From Octopus bimaculoides (lineage: Eukaryota), in NCBI RefSeq assembly GCF_001194135.2, contig NC_068992.1:38394164-38458163 (forward strand): a DNA stretch of 64,000 nt, read 5' to 3'. Below the pieces are notes generated by a model that was not told the DNA's origin, ran no database searches, and saw only the letters and a list, made by a program, of their open reading frames with translations. Shown in pieces: positions 39,057 to 51,082 of the stretch (its first letter is position 1; each line of letters starts with the position of its first letter). The position numbers were made by a program, and so were the translations under genes.

Positions 39057-39441
39057 CAGTAGAACCTCAAAGTATGAGTGTACCATTGTATGAGTAATTT
39101 GCTGTATGAGCCAAGACTCGTGGGAATTTTTGTCTTGAAGTACGAGCGAAAATCCGCAGTGTGAGCACACAAATCGTCCCATCTTTAAGGTAATTCAGTT
39201 AATAAAACCAGTTTACATATTTCTTTTGCATTCTCTTTTTTATAATTGTTATTTTACTTGTAACTACACTTTTTCTGTTCTAAAACCCATAAAAAATTAT
39301 TTTTGAGTTGTTTTGAGGGGCTGGAAAGCATTAATTATACTATAGTTAATTTCAATGGGGAAAATTGATTTGCAAAACAAGTAAATTGTAAGACGAGCTC
39401 AGTCATGGAATGAATTAAACTCATACTGCAAGGTATCACTG
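39057..39441. mobile_element. Tc1/mariner (Tigger/pogo-like) MITE
   Basis: TA|CAGTAGAACCTCAAAGTATGAGT ... ACTCATACTGCAAGGTATCACTG|TA, i.e. imperfect TIRs with TA duplication. Confidence 0.7.
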
Positions 39442-40507
39442 TACTTCCCTAAAGTGAAAACTGAAACAAGCAGTCTAGGAAATAGCACAAATCCAGCCAA
39501 GGCTGAATTTGAAGAACTAAGCTATCATCAGATAATTTTATTTAGCCAAAGGGGATGGGCAACACTCATCGTATACAACCAATATTAACCGCATTATGAG
39601 GCCACTAAGTATTACATGAAATAATCATGAAATAGTGCAGTAAATATTTGTTCCTATTTTTCAGTTTAACAGCCATTTTACTGAACAATGAAAAGCCAAG
39701 TTGACATAAGTGTGATTTGAACTCTTAATGTAAGGAACTGTAATACCACAAGGCTTGAAGCTCTAATGATTCTGCCTTGTAATAATGCCTGCAGTGGAAC
39801 TGAACACAAGCCCTATGACTTGCTAGAACAAAACATCAACCACTCAACCATTTAACCTCAGTTATTGGCAATTAAATTGGTTTTATTCTATGTTGTCATA
39901 GAAACAGCGATTAAAAAAAATGCTTTTTCTCAGTTCTTGAAAAGTATAAGGAAATTTTACTTGTGTTTAGTGGGGAGAAAAAAAGAGTAAAGCTTGAAGT
40001 TAATGGAGATGGACAAATTTACAAAGTAAATACAGAGATGATAAGTTGGAACATGTGCCAACAAGGAAATGGTTTGAGAACTGAAGCAAAACTAATCGAC
40101 TCCTGCCGAGAAAAGGTCTATGCCTGACGCCCTCCCTAATAGAAGTTTGGAGGATGAAACTAATGACCATAACTGAACAGATTAGCATTTACTGGTTGTA
40201 ATATCATGTCAGCTTTTACCTATGGGGTGGGGTATGTTGATGAGATAGACTGCTTTAGACTCAAGAAAAGAAGAGAAAAAGGGGAACAAAAAAAAAAAAC
40301 GAAATGAAACAATTCCAAATAATATTCCTTCTAAAATTCAAGAAGCAGAACGCAAAAAGTCTCACGAGTTTTATATTGGTTTGTTGCTTAATCAAAATTT
40401 CTTCATAATTTTGGTTCTGAGATAAAAGTGAAACTCCAGAGAAATTAACAAGTTTTTTAGGTATAACTTTTAAGTAGAAGTTAACAGACATTAATAGCAC
40501 CATGGCT

Positions 40508-40546
<39 letters not shown>

Positions 40547-40555
40547 ATTATTATT

Positions 40556-40885
40556 AAGGCGGTGAGCTGGCTGAATCATTAGCATGCTGGGTGCAATGCT
40601 TAGCAATATTTCATTCATCTTTACATTCTGTGTTCAAATTCTGCCAAGGTCGATTTTACCTTTCATCCTTTCTGGGGCCAATAAAATAAGTACCAGTTGA
40701 ACACAGGGATGACAAGGCTGGCCCCTTTAAAATACAGGTAGAACTCGTTTTTGCTAGCTGATTGGACTGAAACAATGTTAAATAAAGGGTCTTGCTCAAG
40801 AACACAACATACTGCCAGGAATCGAACCCACGATGGAACCATATGATCGTTAGCCAAATACAGTAACCACTAAGGCACCACACAC
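40556..40885. mobile_element. Type B SINE (+) abutting a type D SINE (-)
   Basis: Type B head at 40556-40700. A minus-strand tRNA-like head with GGTTCGATTCC B box lies at 40705-40885. Confidence 0.7.
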
Positions 40886-41934
40886 CATCACATATATAAG
40901 GTATATCTAACAGTTAACAGACCGGATAAGTTTTCGTTTTTATAGGAATGGCATCCAACTGTAGAAACCATACCAAATCGGACACTGGAGCTCAACAAAG
41001 TCCTCAGGATTGTCAGATCCTGTCAAATCATCCCACTTATTCAAGCATGGACATTGGATGTTAACAGGGTGAGGATTTTTCTATGTTAGCATGACTGGGA
41101 AAGAATTTGTTGTTTCTTTTTTCAAATTAAGACATGTCTTAAATCATTGATGCTGTTATTTTTCCATCTAGACATCCTTCCTATGGTTTTCCAATCAAGT
41201 GCCAAAGTCAAAGCGGAGACCGTTATTTGTCACATGAGAATATAAACCAACTTGGCCCCCAGATTAATTTCTACTCAAATTTAGAATTTAATAAATATAA
41301 GAAAATGATATGGCAAAATTAAGACAAGCACAAAACAAAATAGAATAAAATATATAAAAAAATACAAGACTATTTTTAAAATTCCACATCAATAAAATAA
41401 TATAAAACACTTCCAAAGAGTAACAGAACCTAGGAAAAGAATGCTTATCAGGCAGGGGCTGGTGAGTTATATATTATGGTGATGTAAATGAATAGTGCTT
41501 GCCATGAAGAATACTATTAAATCAAAATGCCAAATTCAAAAGTCTTCAAAAGGAACTTAACAGCTGTGGAAAATACATTTTCTGATATTTCCCTCTCAGA
41601 TTTCAGGATTTTGGTTTTTTGTTCTTCCTTGCTCTCTTTAAAAAAATCTCAAAATTTTATGGTTGATGGAAAAAGAAAATTATCTTAAAGAATATCTCTC
41701 AAATTCTCAGGAATATATTCTGTTACTGAATGCGTTTCAAGATAGATTTCCTTTGATGACAGTCAAGAGGTCATAGATAACTGTGGAGGGGGAGGGGGAA
41801 TGATGATGATGGTGATAATCATGGTTACGATGACGACGATGGTGGTGGTGATGATGCAACACTTTTGTAATTACGTTTAAATCAACAGTACAAAACATTG
41901 ATTTCATATGTTATACACACACATATGTATGCTT

Positions 41935-42250
41935 CCGAATCACATGGTGCTGAGTTCAGTCCCACTGCATGGTACCTTGGGCAAGTGTCCTCAACAATAG
42001 CTCCAGGCTGATCAAAACCTTGCCTTATGAATGCATTTGGTAGATGGAAACTTTAAAGAAGCCTCTGTGTGTGTGTGTGTGTTTGTGTGCTTGCCTCCCA
42101 CCACTGCTTGATAGTTGGTGCTGGTTTGTTTATGACCCCGTGACTTAGTAATTCAGCAAAAGACTCCAATAAAGTACCAGACTTTAAAAAATATATAAAA
42201 AGAATAGGTCAATCTGTTTGATTTAGGGTGGTGCCCCAGCATGAGGTCTT
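41935..42250 (+). mobile_element. SINE type C
   Basis: Type C module. Confidence 0.7.
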
Positions 42251-42365
42251 AAAAATAATTATGTATATATATCTATCTATATATCTATATTATATCTATC
42301 TCTCTATATATATATCTATCTATATATATATATATTTGAAGAAAAGCAACACAAATGTATTAGGT

Positions 42366-42461
42366 TATAGCTATACGTACGTCTCATACAAGCTTCATTT
42401 ATTTATATAGTGAGAACACCACATAAGATGTGCAATGAAAATGTACTCCTCAGCTGCATAA
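42366..42461 (-). ncRNA. Hammerhead-like motif, left arm, core mutated (GAAA to GAGA)
   Basis: Mirror copy of the right arm with CUGAGGA...GUAU-GAGA-CGUACGUA. Confidence 0.5.
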
Positions 42462-42548
42462 TGGAAGTTCATTTCAGAAAGCCGTTTTGTAAATGTGTGT
42501 AATACATTTACACACATTTACAAAATGGCTTTCTGAAATGAACTTCCA

Positions 42549-42645
42549 TTATGCAGCTGAGGAGTACATTTTCATTTCACATCTTATGTGGTGTTCTCAC
42601 TATATAAATAAATGAAGCTTGTACAAAACGTACGTACAGCTATAA
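42549..42645 (+). ncRNA. Hammerhead-like motif, right arm, core mutated (GAAA to AAAA)
   Basis: CUGAGGA at 42557-63, stem II GUACA/UGUAC with an extended paired loop, AAAA at 42625-28, palindromic ACGUACGU, GUA triplet, imperfect stem I. Confidence 0.55.
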
Positions 42646-42797
42646 CCTAATACATTTGTGTTGCTTTTCTTCAAATTTAATTCACCAAATCTCTTGATTT
42701 TGTTTTTGGATTTTACCCTACCAAAAGCTGGTGCCACAAACATTTTAAGTACCACATTTAATCTTTTGATTAAATCTATATATATATAAATATATAT

Positions 42798-42964
42798 AGG
42801 CACAGAAGTGGCTGTGTGATAAATAGCCTGCTTCCCAACCACATGGTTCCGGCGAGTTCAGTCCCACTGCGTGGGACCTTGGGCAAGTGTCTTCTACTAT
42901 AGCCTTGGGTCGACCAAAGCCATGGGAGTGGATTTGGTGGACAGAAACTGAAGGAAGCCCGTCG

Positions 42965-43008
<44 letters not shown>

Positions 43009-43060
43009 TACAAAATAGACTTCTTGTTTCTGTCTACCAAATCCATTCACAGGGCTTTGG
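42798..43060 (+). mobile_element. SINE type C, 5' part
   Basis: tRNA-like head, accttgggcaagtgtcttc motif and (TA)n(CA)n. Confidence 0.8.
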
Positions 43061-43294
43061 TTGGCACTGACTAGACCAATATTGAAGTTAAACTGTTCTT
43101 CATCATAGTTTTATGTACATTTTTCCTGTTGGAAGATGTTGGATAGACTTGAAATATGTAATCCTTCCACATGCCTTGATCCTGCTCAATTTCATGACAT
43201 TATGCAAAAACAGTCTTTATATATCTCAACAATAATAATTATAGATGGGTGGGTGGGGACAGGAGTTTGAAAACATTTTATAAGAAACTAAATT

Positions 43295-43638
43295 ACAATT
43301 GCAGCGTGGAAGGTGTTTATAAGCCATTTAAGAAACATACAAAAGCCGTTAGATTCACTTCAACATTTAAATTTAATTTGCCAAAATATTTTCGTCACTT
43401 TGAGACCGCAACCTGTTCACTGACAAAATTCCATGCTACATCTCAATTTTGTCAGTGAACAGGTCGCGGTCTCAAAGTGACGAAAATATTTTGGCAAATT
43501 AAATTTAAATGTTGAAGTGAATCTAACGGACTTTGTGTGTTTCTTAAATGGCTCATAAACACCTTCCACGCTGCAATTGTTTTCGTTCCAGCACACGATC
43601 TCAGATCAGGTCACTTGCTATGCAAGTACATCTCTGTA
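43295..43638. mobile_element. Palindromic element (136-bp arms 43295-43430 and 43445-43580) plus a unique 58-bp tail
   Basis: Near-perfect inverted arms. A second copy lies at 17053-17274. Confidence 0.85.
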
Positions 43639-44518
43639 ATAAATTACAATATTTATGTGTAATACATCACACCCATCAGTACAGTCTTGGTACAAAACTT
43701 TTTCCCTTCATGGCTTTAGCTTTGCCCCATGTATGAGCCACACCCCAACTTTTGCAGTGCAAAAATAATCCCAAGTAAATATGGTAAGTGGAATGGGTTT
43801 GTTCCGATATACACAGCAAATATATCTTTTGGTCTTCTTTTTTATTTGGAATTGTTACAGGAAAGAATAGTGTTGCTTACAATGAAAGTAGATTGTTCAT
43901 CATTTCTAACTTATCCAATTTTCTTGTTAGTAAACAGAGAATTGTTTAAGTGGAAGAATAAACAGCTGGCAAGAGCTAATCAAAGACTAAGCAATTTAAA
44001 GAAATCTTACACAAGGTAACAAACCTATAAAAGATTCCATTTAAGTTCTACAATTTCTCTTCAAAGATGAAGAAATGATACAGACATTTTTATATCTCAG
44101 ATTCTAACAAATTACAATAGAAAAAGGAAAGGAAAGACTGTAAAAACACAGTCAAGTTTAGTAACTACTCAAGTTAATTCTGATTTAAGGGAGTTGCACT
44201 TTAAGGAAATCAAAAGGAGGCAAAAAAAGTATACCTGTTTCTCTCTAATATTTGACATTCCATAGAATAAAAGGAAAATTTATGATTCTTGTGAAGATAC
44301 AAACTGAGGTTTAAGAAAACCAAGATGATTAGTTCAAACACACACACACACAGACTGGTGAAGAAATGAAGAAAAAAGTACACAATGTCTGAGGCAGAGT
44401 TAGTAAATTTTTATTAGAAACTGAATCATCATTCCAAGTTTCATGTTTAATTATTCAAACAAATTGTTTAGATAAACAGCAATGTGAGATTCAGATAAAT
44501 AATTCAACAAACTTCAGC

Positions 44519-44552
<34 letters not shown>

Positions 44553-44554
44553 TC

Positions 44555-44960
44555 TTTTTATTATAAGCACAAGGCTTGAAATTTTGGGGGAGGGGAGCTA
44601 GCCGATTACATCAACCCCAGTGCTCAACTAGTACTTGTTTTATGGACTCTGAGAGGATGAAAGGCAAGGCAACTTCAGTGGCATCTGAACTCAGAAAGCA
44701 AAGTGCCCAAAGCATTTTGTCCACCATGCTACGAATTTTGGCAGCATGCTGCCTTAAGGGTTTCAAATTTTGGCACAAGGCCAGCAGTTTCAGAGGAAGG
44801 TGTTAGTCAATCGAATGGACCCCAGGAATCAACTGGTCCTTATTAAGGCCCGAAAGGATGAAAGGCAAAGTTGACTTTAGCCAGATTTGAACTCAGAACA
44901 TAAAGACAGATGAAATACCACAAAGCATTTTGCCACTACCGACTCTACCAGCTCACTACC
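44555..44960 (-). mobile_element. Two tandem type B SINEs next to (AAT)n
   Basis: Two successive modules. Confidence 0.75.
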
Positions 44961-45273
44961 TCGTCAGCAGTAGTGGCGGCGATGACGTTGTACCTCTGTC
45001 TGTTCCCAACACATTCTCAAATGGCTCACCAAATCAAATTTTACATGGTAATACTACGAGACTCCAGGAGTGTAAACTTTTTTTGAATTAAAACAATGCA
45101 TTATTGGCAGTTTCCATAATTACATCTCAAACCTCGAAGAATAAAAGTGAAACCTTCAACGAAATAAGTTATAGTTTCACTTTTATATTGTTTCACCTTT
45201 AATGGTTTCACTTTTGTATTGTTTCATTTTTAAGAGTTTCACTTTTGATGGAGTAAGTTATAAATAGTATCCC

Positions 45274-45327
<54 letters not shown>

Positions 45328-45444
45328 TAAAGACTTTCTCAATTCTCGAGCGTTATACTAAAACATCTATTTGTTTTCAACACCACCTGTCTTTGTCTGT
45401 TGTTTTTTTGTGAATTCTCCCTATATATATATATATGTTCCACC

Positions 45445-45850
45445 TAGTGCAGGGCTGTAAGCGCTTGAAGACATTCCACTTTTCAAATGTTCCCCCTACC
45501 TAGGACTGCAGCTCCATTCAAGAAACTAGCTGTGGAAACACATGTCTAGCAAATGGCGACCACACCTGTTCACTATCAAGGAAGCACTGGAGATGTCATG
45601 GCCTCAACCCATGTCTGCATGTCATCAACCACGGCAAGCCAAGGCCACCATTCAGCAGGTGTTGACAGCAGATAGACTGTCTGACCATCAGGATGTGTCC
45701 CTTCCACAAGAAGAGCGAGAGTATACGCTCCAGAGTAATCCGATAGTGGTCAAGCGATATACACGTTAGCCACCTCTGCCCAACCTTTCGGGGATAGCTT
45801 TCTCTCAGCAATAATGTTAATGTGAGGACTGTTATAGATACCAACAAACA
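45445..45850 (-). mobile_element. Tx1/L1-like LINE ORF2 fragment (post-RT region)
   Basis: The translation LERILSLFLWKGHILMVRQSICCQHLLNGGLGLPWL matches the FLWxG...GGLGLP motif of L1/Tx1 ORF2. An in-frame stop follows. Confidence 0.7.
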
Positions 45851-46499
45851 TCTAATGATGGAAGGACACAAAAGCTGTAGTAGAGTCAATATATTTTATG
45901 CATTGGGTTGTCTTCTCACACTTTATTCAACCAGTTTCAATCAATGGCTGAATAAGCTACAAAAATTGGAAGTCCGAGTCAACCTAACACACATATACAG
46001 AGAGAGAGAGAGCATAATGTGCAAGAATAGAGTAATACAGTGAGTGACTAGACAACTAGGTCTCAACACAGACATTGTTGCTTTCATACACTAACAATTT
46101 ATCTGCCCAACAATCACACCTTAATACACGGTTACATATCATCTAGCATTTCTTTCTTTTTTAATATGCTTCTGGAATAAAGAATTTGGTCATATAAATA
46201 TATATCCTGCTTATTTGCTGTAATCTATATTGGTGATTATATGACATTGCATAAATGACTTAGGTGCAATAAACCAACAGTTTGCAAAGACATTTTGTAT
46301 GGAATACACCTTGTTCTTCAGTTAAACTACCTGTGTTACCACAAAACTGCTTGACCAGTGATGAAGTGGAATAATTATACATTCCAGCTATTGTAGTGTA
46401 TGTATAATTCTATCTCAGTTACATTAAAAGAGCCCTGCCTGATACATCAGGAATAACCTCGCCCCAAGGCACACAAAATTTTATTTGTTTTTTGTATAT

Positions 46500-46742
46500 T
46501 GCCAGCATCGCCTTACTGACACGTGGAAAACAACATTCAAGTGTGGTCGTTGCCAGTGCCGCACATAAAAGCACCCACTATGCTCTGAGAGTGATTGGTG
46601 TTAGGAAGGGCATCCAGCTGTAGAAACTTTACCAGATAAGATTGAGTCTGGTGCAGCCTTCTGGCTCAGCAGTCCTCAGTCAAACTGTCCAACCCATGCC
46701 AGCATGGAAAGCGGACGTTAAACGATGATGATGATGATGATA
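46500..46742 (+). mobile_element. SINE type A
   Basis: Ends atggaaagcggacgttaaacgatgatgatgat. Confidence 0.85.
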
Positions 46743-47394
46743 TTTCATCATTATCTTTATCATTTTAATGCCCATTTTCCCATGTCTGCAGGAATTAAAT
46801 TTTGTATTACTGGATGTTGTTCTTGTCACCAACCATCATCTGTTTGTTTCCAAGGCAGAACATTGGAAATGAATAATGGTGCTTGCATGACTCATTTACA
46901 CTCATTTACAACTATCACATGCTGTCAAGGCAAGGAAACAAGTATACACAGGTATACACATGCATGCACAAATACACACACACAAAACACACATACATTA
47001 CGACAGGATTCTTTCAGATTCCATCTCTCAAATCCATTCATAAGACTTTAGTCAACCTGAGGCTAGAGTAGAAGACGCTTGCTCAAGGTATGACACAGTC
47101 GGAATGAACTTGGAATCACATGGTTCAAAAGTAAGCCTGTGCCTACATTTATTTGTATGCGAAATACCAATAACTAATGAGCAAGACCTGAAGGTGTGAA
47201 TTGTCCAACTTCCTTTGCTCTGGACTCTAATATAAACGAGCAATTCAGTACACAGCTGTAACATTAATTAATAAATGAATGACAAATGAACAGAAATTGC
47301 ATAATTAAATTATTGTGCAACTTCTGTACTTTTGCCATTAAACTTTTTTTTTTTATTGCCAACATAAAAATGCGAACAAGCTGTAACCATAATA

Positions 47395-47600
47395 ATAATA
47401 TCAAATTTTTGCCACAAGGGCAGCTTGGGGGAGAAGAATAAGTCGATTATATCGACCCCAGTGCGTAACTAGTACGACCCAAAAGGATGAAAGGTAAAGC
47501 TGACCTCGACGGAATTTGAACTCAACGTAGCAACAGGTAAATACCGCTAAGCTTTTTGCCCGGTGTGCTAACCATTCTGTCAGCTTGACACCTTAATAAT
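47395..47600 (-). mobile_element. SINE type B
   Basis: Type B module. Confidence 0.8.
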
Positions 47601-48913
47601 AATAATCCTAATCATAATTTTTATAGATACTTTATAAACTAACAGTACCAAGATATTCAACAGAGTAAAACATACAAATATGAATGTTTGTCTGTCAAAA
47701 CTAGAGATATTTGACAGAGACTTTCATAGGTTGCACGAAAAATTTCTGGCATTTTGTAAAACAAAGGCATTTCAATAAAGTGTAATAAAAAATTTATTTT
47801 ATAAAATAATGGTAACATGGATTCAGATTCAGTCCCTCTGCATGACATCTTGAGTAAGTCATCATCTTCATCATTATCATTTAGCATCATCTGTTTTCTG
47901 TCAGAAGACTGCACCAAACTCTGGTCTTCGTTTTGGCATGGTTTTTATGACTAGATGCTTTTCCTAATGCCAACCACATAAAAGAGTGTACTGGATGCTT
48001 TTTACATGGTACCAGCAGTAGTGGGGTCACTGACTATCTTGCAAGACAAACAAGATCCCTCAACTGAGAAGGGGCAGTAGTAGTAAGGGACATAAAACGG
48101 TGTCTTGCATTAGAGGGAAAACATGGTTACATTCTACTGTAGCCCTGGGTTGACAAAAGTCTTGTTGAGTAGATTTGATAGATGGAAAATGAAAGAAGCT
48201 TATTGTATGTATATGTCTGCATGCATCCATATGAGGGTCTCTTTGTCTCTTTGTCATTGTATGATGGTTGTAAATAAGCATCACTGTCACACAAGTGGTG
48301 TCATTTGTTTCCAGTCTTTCATAAAAACATGTCTGACTACCTGGGAAATATTACTTTGCTGAGAAATAGGTGAGGGTTAGCAAAAGGAAGGGCATCTGAA
48401 CATTTAAAAAAATCTTGCTTTGACAAACAAGCATGGAAAAGTCCATGTCAAAATAATGATGTTGAAAAAAAATTCAATTTTTGTTTCATTTATTGTATAA
48501 GAATTAAGGTGATGTGGATTACAAGTACAATACAGGTATGGATCCTGTGATTAATGAAAAATTGGTAAAGGGTTCTATGACGAAATAATTTTGGGAACCA
48601 CTTTCTAGCATATTTAAACCTTTTGATACCAATCCACTAAATAAGGACAAAGTTATTCTACTAAATTTTTCATTATTTTCATTATGAATTGAAACCAAAG
48701 TATTTCAAGTGAAATATGGTAACAAAAAAGGTTAACCTACACACACACACACACACAGAAGATCTTACGAGATATTGATGACATGCTAGAAATGTCAATA
48801 GAGTGTGAGCACCAACCTTTATCTCAAATATGCAGATGGTACTGTCTTTGATCAACAGAAACTCAAGACATTTTCTCATTGTTTTACCAATTAAACTGTA
48901 ATTTATTACACAT

Positions 48914-49950
48914 TATTATTACCTCTGCCTAAGCGAAGGCAGAGGTATTGTTTGTTTGTCTGTGGACAAGATATCTCAAAAACTGCTGGATGGATTAGAT
49001 GAAACTTTCAGGGATGTTTGGCCTTGTGACTGGCATGGTCTCATATTTTGGGATCAATCCGGTACCGGACAAGGATTCTGGATTATTTTTTATATTTTCT
49101 TTACATGTATATGTAAAGTTTCACATAGTTCTTTTGTATATGCACACACATACACACATATACTCATACATTTTCAGCGGTGAACATTACCATCCCATTT
49201 CCATTGTACACACACACATGCACTCAAACATACCTCTCTTTTACATACATATACTTTTTCACTCCTTCCTTCATTATTCATCTATCACACCTTCCTTTCT
49301 CATTCATACGACGCTCTCTTTGCCACTTCGTTTTGGCTTTCTTATTGTCATTACTTTCTCTCACTTCCTCTCAGTCATGGCTATTACTCTCACTACATCT
49401 CCTTCCCTGTATTAGTATCTCATCTCCTCTCTCTTCACCTCTCACTCAAAGTGTATTAGCAGATGTTATGGATCCATATTTTTCCAACCATGATACTGTA
49501 AACATTTCATTACAATTATAATTTTTGTGTTCAATTACGTTTCTCTACCAAAGTTCCTGTTGCATTTCAACAAGTGTTTCCAAAACTTTTACGTAGTGAC
49601 TCCCAAACACTTACTGACACATGTGCGCTCAAGTCATGTAAATATTTGCATTACCCAGACAACACACACTCAGCATTACAAACACGGCCTGCACAACCAC
49701 TGCACACATTAGGAGTTATGGAATGATTCCCAATGGGAGTCATTCCATGACTCCCATTGGGATCAATCAGGTACCGGACAAGGTATATGAATTATTTTTC
49801 CATTTGAGAGCGATCAGGTTTATTTTTAGTATTCTTGTTCGTGAGAGCAATTGATTTTATTTCAGATACTCTCATTTTACAAATCATCTCCAGTTAATCA
49901 TTGAGAGGATGTTGGTGTTGCATTGGTGGAGGTTTGCGCTCTCTGAGTGC
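48914..49950 (+). mobile_element. Helentron-associated (HINE/DINE-1-like) element interrupted by about 660 bp of other sequence
   Basis: 5' hairpin ACCTCTGCCT-aagcga-AGGCAGAGGT, 3' sub-TIR TTGGTGGAGGT, then a GCGCTC-TCT-GAGTGC stem-loop. Both halves align to the uninterrupted copy at 60214-60570. Confidence 0.65.
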
Positions 49951-49963
49951 TCGTTATAATTTA

Positions 49964-50345
49964 TCATCATTATCATCATCGTTTAACGTCCACTTTCCAT
50001 GCTGGCATGGGTTGGACAATTTGACTGAGGACTGGCGAACCAGATGGCTGCACCAGGCTCCAATCTGACCTGACAGAGTTTCTACAGCTGAATTCCGTTC
50101 CTAACGCCAACCACTCTGAGTGTAGTGGGTGCTTTTACGTGCCACCAGCACGAGGGCCAGTCTGGCGGTACTGGCAGCAGCCATGCTCAAATGGTGTTTT
50201 TACGTGCCACCTGCACAGGAGTCAGTCCAGCGGCGCTGGCTCAAATGTCTTGTTCACATGCCACCGGCACAAGTGCCAGTAAGGCAACCCTGGTAATGAT
50301 CACGCTCAAATGGTGCTTTTTACGTGCCACTGGCATGGAAGCCAG
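49964..50345 (-). mobile_element. SINE type A with internal tandem units
   Basis: Type A module and repeated gcttttacgtgccac units. Confidence 0.85.
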
Positions 50346-50749
50346 ACCTTTTGATTAATTAGTATTAATCAAAATGTTTCTTACACAACACTGGTGTCAT
50401 AGATATGCATACTGAAATGGCTCAGAAATAAAAGAAAAAAACTAGATACAAGTCATGGTTGCATTGCCTCCTTCCCTATCAACTCTTGAGTTAAGATTGC
50501 TATTACTGGTATTGGACACAGGCATGGCTGAGGGGTTATCTTCACAACCATGAGGTTCTGGGCTCAATCACCCCATGTGACATTTTGGTGTCATTTAATT
50601 ATAGGTTGACTCAAGACCAAGGCCCATGAAGTAGACTTTCTTTGTAATTCAATGATCCAGTCTCGTCACATAAAACAGGGATTTGGTAGACTCATTAAAG
50701 CAGGGGAAAGAACACCTTGCCGTATTCATTTTTGGTACTTACGTTCTCT

Positions 50750-51082
50750 AACTGGCACATAAAAAGCACCATTTAAGCATTGGGCCTCATGACGGCAGTG
50801 ACAGGTGACCAAGACCTTTGGCGATGTTGACCTGTCAAGCCAAGTGAGACCATAGTCGTGGCTGATGCTGGTTTCAGGTCAACGGCATCCATTCTGGTAG
50901 CACATAATAAGCACCCACTACACTCTGTTAAGTGGTTGGTATTAGGAAGGGCATCCAGCCATAGAAACCTTGCCAGATCAGAACCTGGTGCAGGTCCCCA
51001 GTTTACCAGTTTTCAGTTAAACCATCCAACCCATGCCAGCATGGAAAGCGGATGTTAAATAATAATGATGATGATGATGGTG
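50750..51082 (+). mobile_element. SINE type A
   Basis: Type A module with (gat)n tail. Confidence 0.8.

Larger units (their letters stand above)
42334..42676. mobile_element. Long palindromic element (about 168-bp arms, 5-nt loop, 6 differences) with two degenerate hammerhead motifs; PLE-related
   Basis: I aligned the arms by hand. There is a TA-rich tract on the left and a unique 100-bp tail then (TA)n on the right. Confidence 0.85.
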
